The notes under the pieces: model-generated
Seen by the model: only the letters and a program-made list of their open reading frames with translations
Databases searched by the model: none
What the model was told of the DNA's origin: nothing
Shown: one piece after another, positions 10,362 to 20,034 of the stretch
Position numbering within the stretch: the stretch's first letter is position 1
Layout: each line of letters starts with the position of its first letter
Source: Candidatus Zixiibacteriota bacterium
Lineage (GTDB): Bacteria; Zixibacteria; MSB-5A5; UBA10806; 4484-95
Direction: 5' to 3'
Length of the DNA: 64,000 nt
Assembly (NCBI GenBank): GCA_037441845.1
Contig: JBBIRK010000001.1
Location: 192,001-256,000, forward strand
Program-made: the position numbers and the translations under genes

Positions 10362-10508
10362 CTTTTTTTTCTTTCTGCAACAAATAACAATACGCTCCAA
10401 ATCGATGTTCCCCCGAGCCAGGCCTCATTTCAAGATATCTCTTGAAACCGGCGCCAATAACAGCATAAAATTAGTGAAGAATATCTACTTATATCATGGG
10501 AGTCTGCC

Positions 10509-11972
10509 ATGGCTTTGCGAAGTTATCAGCAATATATCGATTCGTTGAAAAAAATGCGGCCCAACATCCATAAGTTCGGCGAGCTTATCGAAGACGTCAC
10601 AACCCATCCGGCCACGCGGCTGACGGTGGAAGGGCACAGCAAATCGTTCAGACTTTACGACGATCCCAGGGAAAAAGAGATACTGACGACGACATCCCAT
10701 CTGACAGGCGAGCCGATCAGCCGCTATCTCTCGATCATCAGGAGTCCCGAGGATATGTATGCCAACTGCCGCATGAAACGTCGAATGTTTCAGTTGACGG
10801 GAACCTGCACGGGTGGGCGATGTGTCGGCTGGACGGCGTTGAACGCGATGTTCGCCGCTACCTACGATATGGACGAGAAGCTCGGCACCGATTATCATCA
10901 CCGCTTTCTTGATTGGCTGAGTAACGCTCAGGCAAATGATATCACGTTAGCCGGCGCGCTGACCGATCCCAAAGGAGACCGCACGAAACCGCCCTCGCAG
11001 CAGGAGGATCCGGAAATGTTCCTGCGGATTATCGAGCGGCGTCCCGAGGGTATCGTGGTGCGCGGGGCGAAAGTGATGATTTGCGGAGTGGCAGCCGCCA
11101 ACGAGATATTCGTGCTGCCCGGTTCGGGATATAAAGAGCCTGATAAGGACTATGCCGTCGCTTTCGTGATTCCCCGCGATATTCCCGGGTTGACGATCGT
11201 CGAGACGCGTCGCCCCAGCGACAGCCGCGAGCTCGAAGACGGATTCGATATTCCGGTCAAGGAGGGTGGAATCACGCAGGCTTATCTGTTTTTCGAGGAC
11301 GTGTTCGTGCCCAAGGAAAGGGTTTTCATGGCAGGCGAATACCAATTTTCGTTGAATGTGGTGCTGTATTTCATCGCCGCTTACCGCGCTGCGATCGGCG
11401 CCTGCGTCGCCGGTCAGGGTGATGTCAAGATCGGGGCGGCGGTGTTAACCGCCAGAGCCAACGGCCTGCAATCGAAAACGTTCATCGACAAGATAATCAA
11501 AATGCATATAAACAACGAAACTACATTCGGCATGGGAATAGCTGCGGCGGCGCTGGGCAAAAAGCACCCCTCGGGAGCCTGGCATTGCGATATGTTGTTG
11601 GCCAACGTAAACAAAGTCCATGTGGCGGATCTGCCGTATGAAACTTCCCGGTTGGCGCAGGATATCGCCGGCGGTATCGCCGAGACGGGGTGCATGCCCG
11701 GCTATAAAGATTTCACCTCCCCTCAATACGGCCATCTGGTGCAAAAATACCTGAAAGCGAAATTATCGGCGGAAACGCGGGCTCGAGCGGCCCGACTGGT
11801 GGAATGGACGACGATCGGGGCGGGAGTTCCGGGTTGTCTTCACGGCGGCGGTTCTCCTGACGGCGCCAAACTGATGATAAGAGTTTCGGCGAATCTCGAG
11901 GAAAAGGTGGAAATCGCCCGGCGCCTGGCGGGGATCGAGGAACCGGTGCCGGAACCCGAGGGGAAGAAATGA
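10509..11972 (+). CDS. 4-hydroxybutyryl-CoA dehydratase / HpaB-family flavoprotein (divergent AbfD-like)
   Basis: GTCTGGRCVG, ALTDPKGDR, VVRGAK, FEDVFVPKERVF, AQDIAGG, HGGGSP. Confidence 0.85.
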   Translation: MALRSYQQYIDSLKKMRPNIHKFGELIEDVTTHPATRLTVEGHSKSFRLYDDPREKEILTTTSHLTGEPISRYLSIIRSPEDMYANCRMKRRMFQLTGTCTGGRCVGWTALNAMFAATYDMDEKLGTDYHHRFLDWLSNAQANDITLAGALTDPKGDRTKPPSQQEDPEMFLRIIERRPEGIVVRGAKVMICGVAAANEIFVLPGSGYKEPDKDYAVAFVIPRDIPGLTIVETRRPSDSRELEDGFDIPVKEGGITQAYLFFEDVFVPKERVFMAGEYQFSLNVVLYFIAAYRAAIGACVAGQGDVKIGAAVLTARANGLQSKTFIDKIIKMHINNETTFGMGIAAAALGKKHPSGAWHCDMLLANVNKVHVADLPYETSRLAQDIAGGIAETGCMPGYKDFTSPQYGHLVQKYLKAKLSAETRARAARLVEWTTIGAGVPGCLHGGGSPDGAKLMIRVSANLEEKVEIARRLAGIEEPVPEPEGKK

Positions 11973-12126
11973 CGATCCCTGCCTGGCTTCAAGATTGTAT
12001 CGACGGCGCAAAAAATCATCGCTCTTAAGGCCGCGATAACGGCCGACTAAATCCCGATAAGCTGCTTGGCAGTTCGGCAGCCAATGTTTTCTTATGGCTT
12101 AAATCCAAACAGATAGGGTGGCTTAT

Positions 12127-12421
12127 GTGTCGAAATTTCGTGAAAATACAACGGCTGTTATCATAGTTCTGACAATTATTATGGCCGAGATTTCTTTCGC
12201 TGATATCCCAAGATTTATAAGGATAATAATGAGGCGATCGAGGCCTTCAAGCAAACCATAAGGATGAATTCTGATTATCCAGAGGCCCATTATTATCTCG
12301 GCGTAGCCTACGCAAAATTAGGCAATACCGGGACCGCACTCGAAGGATATAAAATTCTCAAGAGCCTTGACTCCGAACTGGCAGGCCGCTTTACGATTTG
12401 ATTTATAAATGGCGCTCATAA
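12127..12421 (+). pseudogene. Degraded TPR-protein gene remnant
   Basis: The open stretch 12204-12401 encodes EAIEAFKQTIRMNSDYPEAHYYLGVAYAKLGNTGTALEGYKILKSLDSELA with no start ahead of the TPR. The tail YDLIYK is in another frame, and a signal-peptide-like segment starts at GTG 12127 outside the TPR frame. Confidence 0.7.
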
Positions 12422-12543
12422 GCCGTTTACAGCCTCTATGGCGCGCAATTCATACCATTCACAAATACGAATCCGAAAGAATATGGCTGTTTTCCATGTT
12501 TTATCTCTCCCGCTTCCCCATCCTCTCTGATCCCCTTTTGCCG

Positions 12544-12572
12544 TTGACCGTAAAGACTAAGACTTATATCTT
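12544..12572 (+). promoter_or_regulatory. Putative sigma70 promoter TTGACC-N17-TATCTT for glnA
   Basis: Sequence match 35 nt upstream of the glnA ATG. Confidence 0.55.
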
Positions 12573-12607
12573 GTGGAAGCTGTTTACGACAGAGAGGATG
12601 GTGTGGT

Positions 12608-14014
12608 ATGGTTGACAAAGTGCTAAGAAAAATCAAAGACGGCAAATTCGAATTCATCGATATCAAATTCACTGACCTGAAAGGATACTGGCGGCATATA
12701 ACCCTGCCTGCGGAAAAATTCGGCGAGAAAACGTTCGAGGATGGTGTCGGCATCGACGGATCCTCGCTCGGATTCCTTTCGGTCAAAGCGGGCGACATGA
12801 TAGCCAAACCCGACCCGTCATTTTGCTTCGTCGATCCTTTCTACAAAGAACCTACGCTGTCGATATTGGCGGATATATGTGAAGTAAATCCGCTGGAACC
12901 GCATCCGCGCGACCCCCGCCACACCCTGCGCAAGGCGATCAACGGGCTGCAAAAACTGATCCCCGGAGCCGAGGTGATCGTCGGCCCCGAATTCGAATTC
13001 TATCTGTTCGATCATGTGCGTTACGACCAGTCGCCCAGCCACGGCTTTTATTATCTCGATTCCGAGGAAGCCGAATGGAACTCCGGTCTTGATAACGAAA
13101 CCAACCTGGGCCATCAGATCCGCTATAAGGACGGCTACCATGCCACTCCCCCTCGCGACAAGACGTTCGCCATCAGATCGCATATATGCCGGCTTTTTAA
13201 GGAAACAGGGCTTGACGTAAAGTATCATCACCATGAGGTCGGCGGGGCATCGCAGCAGGAAATCGAGGTCGCTCTGGGTTCGATTATGCCGATGGCCGAT
13301 AAATCGCAGCTTGCCAAATATCTTATCAAAAACAGCGCCGCCGCTTTCGGCAAGTCGGCCAGTTTCATGCCCAAACCGCTGTTCATGGAGCCGGGTTCGG
13401 GCTTGCACGTGCACCAGTATCTCGCCAAGGACGGGCAATCGTTGTTTTACGATGAGAAAATGGCCTGCAAACTGTCGCAAATCGGCAAATGGTATCTGGG
13501 AGGGCTGCTCAAGCACGCGCCGGCGGTGCTGGCGTTCACCAATCCCTCGACCAATTCATTCAAGAGATTGGTGGCAGGGTTCGAGGCGCCGGTCCGAATC
13601 AGTTACTCGGTGGGAAATCGGACGACTGCGGTCAGGATTCCGGGATACATAAAAGATCCCGCGGTGATGCGTATCGAGTTCAGACCTCCTGACGGCACCG
13701 CCAACATCTATCTTGCTTTCGCCGCCATGGTGGCCGCCGGTCTTGATGGTATCCGCAACAAAATCGATCCCGGCGAGCCGCTTGATCTCGACGCGGGCGC
13801 CGCCGACAAAGAATATCTGGAAAAATACCCGCTGCTGCCTTCATCGCTGCTGAGAGCTATTGAAGCCTTAACCCAAGACAACGGATTTTTAACCGAAGAC
13901 GGTGTTTTTTCCAAAAGCCTAATCGATACCTGGATAAAAATGAAAGAGAACGAGGTCGAGCAAATCAGGATCAGGCCTCATCCCTGGGAATTCAGGTTGT
14001 ATTATGATGTCTGA
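12608..14014 (+). CDS. glnA: Glutamine synthetase type I
   Basis: DGSS, GPEFEFYLF, HHHEVG, FMPKP, GSGLHVHQ, NSFKRLVAGFEAP, RIEFRPPD, RPHPWEF. Confidence 0.97.
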   Translation: MVDKVLRKIKDGKFEFIDIKFTDLKGYWRHITLPAEKFGEKTFEDGVGIDGSSLGFLSVKAGDMIAKPDPSFCFVDPFYKEPTLSILADICEVNPLEPHPRDPRHTLRKAINGLQKLIPGAEVIVGPEFEFYLFDHVRYDQSPSHGFYYLDSEEAEWNSGLDNETNLGHQIRYKDGYHATPPRDKTFAIRSHICRLFKETGLDVKYHHHEVGGASQQEIEVALGSIMPMADKSQLAKYLIKNSAAAFGKSASFMPKPLFMEPGSGLHVHQYLAKDGQSLFYDEKMACKLSQIGKWYLGGLLKHAPAVLAFTNPSTNSFKRLVAGFEAPVRISYSVGNRTTAVRIPGYIKDPAVMRIEFRPPDGTANIYLAFAAMVAAGLDGIRNKIDPGEPLDLDAGAADKEYLEKYPLLPSSLLRAIEALTQDNGFLTEDGVFSKSLIDTWIKMKENEVEQIRIRPHPWEFRLYYDV

Positions 14015-14513
14015 TGATCAAATAAATGAAAAAAACGCCGGCGAAGTCACTATCCGGATTGCCTTGCCCGAAGATGTAACCGCGATTTCCAAACTTTGGT
14101 TGAAGTTCATGGAATACAACGCCCGGTTCGATGATTCGTTTCGGGTAAAACCGCGGATACTATCACGGTTCGCCAGAGAAATACTGGATCGCCTGAACGA
14201 CCATGACTTTCGGATTGCCGTGGCCGACATGGGCGGAGAGATAGTCGGATACAGCTTTTCTTATATCTCGCGCAAACCCTACTTTTTCCGGCTGGGTAAG
14301 TTCGGTTTCATAGGCGACGTCTTCGTACTGGAACAATTCCGAGGAAGGGGAATCGGCCGGCTGCTGGCCGAAGACGCCCATGATTTTTTCCGCCGCCGAA
14401 ATGTAGAACAGGTTGAGTTGCTGGTCGCCACCAAAAACGTCGAAACCGTCAAATTTTGGGAAAAGCTCGGATACACGAGACTTCTCGAGTGGATGTACAA
14501 AAGAAACATCTAA
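14004..14513 (+). CDS. GNAT family N-acetyltransferase
   Basis: FRGRGIG motif A and N...FWEKLGY motif B. Overlaps the glnA stop. Confidence 0.9.
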   Translation: MMSDDQINEKNAGEVTIRIALPEDVTAISKLWLKFMEYNARFDDSFRVKPRILSRFAREILDRLNDHDFRIAVADMGGEIVGYSFSYISRKPYFFRLGKFGFIGDVFVLEQFRGRGIGRLLAEDAHDFFRRRNVEQVELLVATKNVETVKFWEKLGYTRLLEWMYKRNI

Positions 14514-14610
14514 TAAAATTCGAAGACAAACCCCTATCTCTTTGCAGGCAGTATATAATCTTTGTCTTGTTCAGCGATTATAGGCCGATGCCCCAAAGTG
14601 ATCTTTGCTG

Positions 14611-14642
14611 AAAATAAAGGGGCACGGTGAACCATGCCCCTT
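14611..14642 (-). terminator. Intrinsic terminator after the C25 protease gene
   Basis: AAGGGGCA/TGCCCCTT stem followed on the minus strand by a T-rich tail. Confidence 0.65.
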
Positions 14643-14674
14643 CGCTAAGCCAGGATCCGTTTTTCGGATTATGT

Positions 14675-17600
14675 CTATTCTATCTTACGATTAACCGCCG
14701 ACTCCGATTCCACTTGCCTTTCGATTCGGATCGCGCCGTTTTCCTTATCCCAAATCCAACCCGCCGGAAGGCGCAGCGGCGGCAATGGAGGTGTGCGATG
14801 ACAATAACTCAACTGAGAAACATAATTCTTGAAGAACGAAACCAGCATGGTGATGTCGGAACCGCGGAATTCGCAGCTGCCGTTGACATCGCCGGCGGCA
14901 TAGACCCAAACCCCCATCGAATCGTCGTAACACGAGTCGGGCGGTGGTAACGGCGAAAGTCCCTTGAAATAGCGCACGCCGAAAGTCACGTCGCTTCCCT
15001 GAACACTGCCGTCACCGTTAATATCACCCGGAACATATCGGCATCCACTCGGGCCGAAATCCCCCACCCATAACCCTACCGGTATATTGATCGAGCCGTT
15101 CAAAGGATCATTGCTGGCGACAAGAATCTGTCCGGTATATGCCCCGTCATCGAGTTCGGTTGCGTCGATTGAGACAATCAGGGTATCGGAGGTTGACGGC
15201 GCCAAACTTCCCGATGCCGGGTCGATCGCCAGCCAAGTTCCGGCGCTTATTTTCACTGCCAGTTGATTATGCACGTAGTTTGCGTTATAGCAAATCTGCA
15301 GACCATCGTTGCCGGCGGAGTTTTCGATTCCGATTGTGGCTCCGCGAAGACTGTCCGTATCGCTTCCCGGATTCATGACGGCGTAATTGAGAACGATCTT
15401 GCCGTTGCTATGAAGAATGGCTTGGAATGACAGCGCTCCGGTGCCGCCGCCGCTGATATAGTTCGGGACGCTGTCGAAACTCACGATGAACCTGTTGTTA
15501 AGCGAATCGAAATAATAATAGACGTCGCCGTATGCCCCGGGATTCAAATCATCCCACCACATGGCGATCAGATTATTGGGACTGGCGCTGTTCGGGATGT
15601 TGGTGTTGCTCAAGGATGAAGAGCCGCCGCCGAACGTCAATATGCCGTTCGAGCCGATATAGAGCTGAGAATAGCTGTTCTCGTAGAATGGGAAAGAAAA
15701 TCCTATATCGAATGGTCCGGCGAAGGAATCATCGGATAAAGTAACCCGAGTTCCGGAACCGGAAATATCAACCCAGCTGAACGCCGGTCCGCCCGGTTCG
15801 TCCGAGTCTATCCAACGGTGGCCGAATTGATCGGGGCCTCCTTGGCTGCAGATAACCGGCGGATAAATAGGTTCGAGCGAGCCGTCTTTGTCTTGATCCA
15901 GAATTGCGAAACGTTCCGGTTGGGCAGCTGACTCTGCGAGTTTAGTCAAAATCACGGCAGACGGCGATTCGACGATGCGGCGCAATCTATCGTTAGTCGA
16001 TGCCTCGGCGCTGAAGTTGAGGCGTCCCGGTCCGCCGTTGGAGATTATCATCGCCGCCTGCGATTGTTCGCCGGAAAGCAGCGTATCGGTAATCGCCAGC
16101 GGAGTGATACTTACGCTGGGCGGATAGATATAAAGAGATAGGGGGATATTCCCGTTCGGCATATCGGGATCGTTGCAGGTGAAACTTAGATTGCCGCTCT
16201 GTAAACCGGGCGTTCCGAGAGAAGAGGAATTCACATAAAGCGGCAAGACCAACGAATCGCCGGCCTGAATAGTTTGCAGCGATTCGCTGACCGTGACCCA
16301 AGCAACGGATGAACTGAAGGTCGCGCGCAAAGCAGCGTTGCCGTTGTTGATCACCAGCAGGTTCCAAGTGGCCGTTTCTCCCTGAACCATGCTGTCTGCA
16401 AAACCGCCGGGTAGATAGACCATATTGGGATAAGTGGCCTGCCCCTGCTGATATCCTTTGAGCGTGATATCGTCGATATTCCAGCCGCAGTATTGCCAGG
16501 AACCATCGGTGGTGCCGATACTGAAACGAATCCTGAAATTAGGATTGTTGTCGGCGATCGCCGAAAGATCGTAGTTTTGCTCGCTCCAGGCCGTTTCGTC
16601 TATATGATCGCTGCCGTTTTCGAACAGCTGGATCCAGCTTGTTCCATTGTAGGCCTCCAGCCGGGCGTGATCGTAGGTGTTCCTTTCGACTCCCAGCCAA
16701 CGATAAAATTTCAGCTGAACGCCGGTGTAATTCGAACAATCGATGATTGGAGAAGTCACATAAGCCGGCGATGATATATTGGCGCTGTAATCTCCGCCTG
16801 TGCCGGAAGTAAGATCATTTCCCAAAAGCCTGTTGTCGGAAGTCGGGCTATGGTCCTGCGCCGGGTCGGGTCCGCCATAGGAATCGCTTCCTGAACCGCC
16901 GGTTGCAGGCCCTATCGTCCACTCACCAGCGCCACCCAGTCCGGTCCACCCGAGATTGGAGGAGAAATCATCGGAGAAAAATACGACCCTATCCCCAACC
17001 ACCAGGTTGAAATTCAAATTTGCCGAATAGCCCATGTTTCCTGTGACCGCCAGATTGCAATTGATCGAATACCCTTGGGGACAGCTCGGACTGGCGCTGA
17101 CCAGGTAGCGATCTGCGGCGTTGTTAGCGTTTCCGCCGGAGGGAATATTACCGAAAGTGCCGGAGTTGTCGCTTACGGTAATATAGGGATCGCCGACGCT
17201 GAGTACGGCGGCGACGTTGCCGGCGTCGGCCGAACCGCTGTTGGACAGAGTGACGGTCAGATAAGCCGATTCGCCCGGATCAAGCATGCCGTTCGGTGTT
17301 CCGCTCTGATCGGCAACCAGCACGCTGACAAAACCGAGCGTCGGCGCATGCACGGTTAGATTCAAGTTGCTGTTCCAAATATCGAGAGCGTTGCCGCTGA
17401 CGCTTAATTGAAACGGGATCACGTGCCCGTCAGGAGTATTGCCCGCGGCGTTGAACGAAAAGGCGTTGGCCCGGTTGACGGTCCCGTTGTTTCCGTTTAT
17501 CGTCCCGTAAGTTTCAGTATTATCGGTTACGGTGACATAGGGGTCGGTTTCGAGAAGCGACGCCACCACATTGTAGGCGTTGTCGGGGCCGACGTTTTTC

Positions 17601-19786
17601 AATTGAACGCCGAGCCGGATATTTTCGCCGATATCGACCAGCCCGTTGTTGTTGCCCAAAGAATCATTTACGAAATAGTTATCGAGCACCACGTAGGGAC
17701 CCGAAGGGGAAATCGATTGGATTGTGGAAATATAGGGAATTCTGTTCTGAGCGGTCACCACTATATCCACCGTTCCGGGAACGCCGAAGGGGATTATAGG
17801 CACATCCACCGTTCCTGTCGAATCGACGAAGGCCGCCCCATGTAAAACACCGTTGAACGACAATCCGACATAGGAATAAGGTGCAGCGCTGACGGTGAAA
17901 GTCGTTGCATTTATCAGCACGGTCGAGGAGTGGGATACCGGATTGACCGAGGGAACCCGCAGATATGTCATTACCGATGGATCGCCCATCAAGTGATATA
18001 TCTGCCAATAATAGGCGATTCGCGAGCTTCCCGCCTGCATAACCGCCAAATTGCCGCAGAAAATAATGGCATCGTTGTAAATGTAATGCCAGCGCAGCGG
18101 TTCGCCGCGGTCATGGAACATGCCATCGTAGGCACCCGGCTTATTCGCCTGATAGGTGGGGTTGGAGCTGACCGGCTCTGCGCCGACACCCCACCAATAA
18201 TCCTCATCCCAATAGGTGCTGTTCGAGCCGCCAATGTAACCGATGGCCCCTTTATTGGCGGATTGAAGCCATACCTCGCCGACACAGGGAGTGGAATAAT
18301 CCGTGCCGAAAGTGTTGGTCAGGCAGCAATTGCCTATTGCCAAAGGATACTTGCCGGCGTTGGTCAACGCCTGAACATGAGCGCTGCTGAATTGAGGATC
18401 CGACCATTCGGAATGGCTGCCGTGGGCGGTGTAATTTATCACGCCCACGCCGCTGTTAACGGTTTGTCTGATCGCCTCCGCGGCACCCGGTTGCCCCGAA
18501 GCCGGATAGAGCCAAGTATTGGAATAAATGCCATGTGCGGCGTTGAAATAATAATTGGTGCCGTAATTTATTTGGCCGTTGCCGTAAGTCGGCGCGTAAT
18601 TGGCGTCAACCCCGGCGATCAGCGTGACATTGCCCAAAAAGCTCGGGTCGGCCATTAGGTAACGCTCATATTCGAGAGTTTTATCTATCTGCGGTTGTAA
18701 TTCCCCTGTGTTTTGGGCCGAAAAACGGCCGTAGTAGATTTCCGGGACATTGTCACCGGTGTATTCGCAGAAACTCAGATCCGAAATATGACCGCTGAAT
18801 TGAAAAGGAGGTATCTGCTGGGCGTCACCCACCAACAATACGAAAGACGGCGCTGGATCCTGAGGCGAACCTTGATTATAAATGTTCTGGATAAAAGCCT
18901 TGATGGCGGTGTTGGTGGTTCCGATACTGTCGGTATAGCCGACTACGACCTTGAAACCGCGTTTGATTTTCCAGGCGATGAACGGCTGTAATTGTGACTG
19001 AAACATCCGGTGGGAAACTATCACCATTTTCAACGGATATCTGGTGATATCGTCAAGGATAAGCGATTGCTCCTTGAAACTTTCGTAATTCTGCAGACTG
19101 CTGAATGCCGGTTCGAAGGCCGGCGAATAAAATCTCTCCTGCATGAGACGCGTCTGTTCCCAGTCGGCGCCGACAAAATCGATTTTGACCGAAATGCGAG
19201 TGTAGATTTTTAATCTGTTAGTCACCGGATTATAGGCAAAGGGAGCGATAGAGACCAAACCCAAGCGGACCGAGCGCATTATTCCCATATCTTCCGCCCG
19301 CACGAGCTCCGGTTGAAAATACTCGTTTCTGCCATAAAGCTGATCGTCGATTATAAACGGCACGAGCTCGGGATCGTCCGATTTGGAAAGCGATGGTTGG
19401 ACCGGCATAAGCGGCAGAGTCACCCCATAATCAGCCAGATCGATTTCGCTTAATTCATATGACGTGACGGTCGCCTGCAACTCGGCCCCGAACGGAACAG
19501 CCAGCAACCGGTTGGCGGTCGGTAAATTCGGCTTTCCCTTGAGCTGGGAACGCACGAGGTGATCGGCGGTAAGCAGCTCGAATAACCCCGCTTTCGTCTT
19601 TATTTCGTAAAAGTCTATCGCGCCGGTCGTCACCTCGATTTCGACGCCTGATCGGTCTTGCCGTATTAAGACGATATCATTGGGCAAGTCGGCCAGCTTG
19701 ATGGTTTGGCTTGCCATTGCTGACGCAGCAAGCGCAAGACCGATAATCACGACGGAAAACCCAAAAATCCAATGCCGGTGATTCAA
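14675..19786 (-). CDS. Large secreted C25 (gingipain-family) cysteine peptidase with Ig-like repeats and a C-terminal dockerin-like domain
   Basis: TTG start with AGGAGG RBS; signal peptide and C25 propeptide; LLVGD, YYGRFS, catalytic His (YTAHGS) and Cys (GNCCLT), LMGDP; duplicated GNNNGLVDIGE / TPNGMLDPGE domains; GDINGDG ... GDVNGSC tail. Confidence 0.92.
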   Translation of the reverse strand: MNHRHWIFGFSVVIIGLALAASAMASQTIKLADLPNDIVLIRQDRSGVEIEVTTGAIDFYEIKTKAGLFELLTADHLVRSQLKGKPNLPTANRLLAVPFGAELQATVTSYELSEIDLADYGVTLPLMPVQPSLSKSDDPELVPFIIDDQLYGRNEYFQPELVRAEDMGIMRSVRLGLVSIAPFAYNPVTNRLKIYTRISVKIDFVGADWEQTRLMQERFYSPAFEPAFSSLQNYESFKEQSLILDDITRYPLKMVIVSHRMFQSQLQPFIAWKIKRGFKVVVGYTDSIGTTNTAIKAFIQNIYNQGSPQDPAPSFVLLVGDAQQIPPFQFSGHISDLSFCEYTGDNVPEIYYGRFSAQNTGELQPQIDKTLEYERYLMADPSFLGNVTLIAGVDANYAPTYGNGQINYGTNYYFNAAHGIYSNTWLYPASGQPGAAEAIRQTVNSGVGVINYTAHGSHSEWSDPQFSSAHVQALTNAGKYPLAIGNCCLTNTFGTDYSTPCVGEVWLQSANKGAIGYIGGSNSTYWDEDYWWGVGAEPVSSNPTYQANKPGAYDGMFHDRGEPLRWHYIYNDAIIFCGNLAVMQAGSSRIAYYWQIYHLMGDPSVMTYLRVPSVNPVSHSSTVLINATTFTVSAAPYSYVGLSFNGVLHGAAFVDSTGTVDVPIIPFGVPGTVDIVVTAQNRIPYISTIQSISPSGPYVVLDNYFVNDSLGNNNGLVDIGENIRLGVQLKNVGPDNAYNVVASLLETDPYVTVTDNTETYGTINGNNGTVNRANAFSFNAAGNTPDGHVIPFQLSVSGNALDIWNSNLNLTVHAPTLGFVSVLVADQSGTPNGMLDPGESAYLTVTLSNSGSADAGNVAAVLSVGDPYITVSDNSGTFGNIPSGGNANNAADRYLVSASPSCPQGYSINCNLAVTGNMGYSANLNFNLVVGDRVVFFSDDFSSNLGWTGLGGAGEWTIGPATGGSGSDSYGGPDPAQDHSPTSDNRLLGNDLTSGTGGDYSANISSPAYVTSPIIDCSNYTGVQLKFYRWLGVERNTYDHARLEAYNGTSWIQLFENGSDHIDETAWSEQNYDLSAIADNNPNFRIRFSIGTTDGSWQYCGWNIDDITLKGYQQGQATYPNMVYLPGGFADSMVQGETATWNLLVINNGNAALRATFSSSVAWVTVSESLQTIQAGDSLVLPLYVNSSSLGTPGLQSGNLSFTCNDPDMPNGNIPLSLYIYPPSVSITPLAITDTLLSGEQSQAAMIISNGGPGRLNFSAEASTNDRLRRIVESPSAVILTKLAESAAQPERFAILDQDKDGSLEPIYPPVICSQGGPDQFGHRWIDSDEPGGPAFSWVDISGSGTRVTLSDDSFAGPFDIGFSFPFYENSYSQLYIGSNGILTFGGGSSSLSNTNIPNSASPNNLIAMWWDDLNPGAYGDVYYYFDSLNNRFIVSFDSVPNYISGGGTGALSFQAILHSNGKIVLNYAVMNPGSDTDSLRGATIGIENSAGNDGLQICYNANYVHNQLAVKISAGTWLAIDPASGSLAPSTSDTLIVSIDATELDDGAYTGQILVASNDPLNGSINIPVGLWVGDFGPSGCRYVPGDINGDGSVQGSDVTFGVRYFKGLSPLPPPDSCYDDSMGVWVYAAGDVNGSCEFRGSDITMLVSFFKNYVSQLSYCHRTPPLPPLRLPAGWIWDKENGAIRIERQVESESAVNRKIE

Positions 19787-20034
19787 GACAACCTCCTAAT
19801 CGGTTTTTATTTTACAGCCACGATTGCCACTTGTCGGATAATTATGTTCGCTCCTTCCCCAAGCCCCAATGTGGCTTAATTTACTCCATTATGAAGCCTA
19901 ACTACTCCATGAAATAGTATATAAAATTGACCATAAAAACAAAGCGTTTTTTGGCAATTATGGTGGGTTGGAATCGTTATTGTGAAAGACGATTCCTATA
20001 AATCGGTCTTGGCGCGGTGGACGACGGAGTATTT

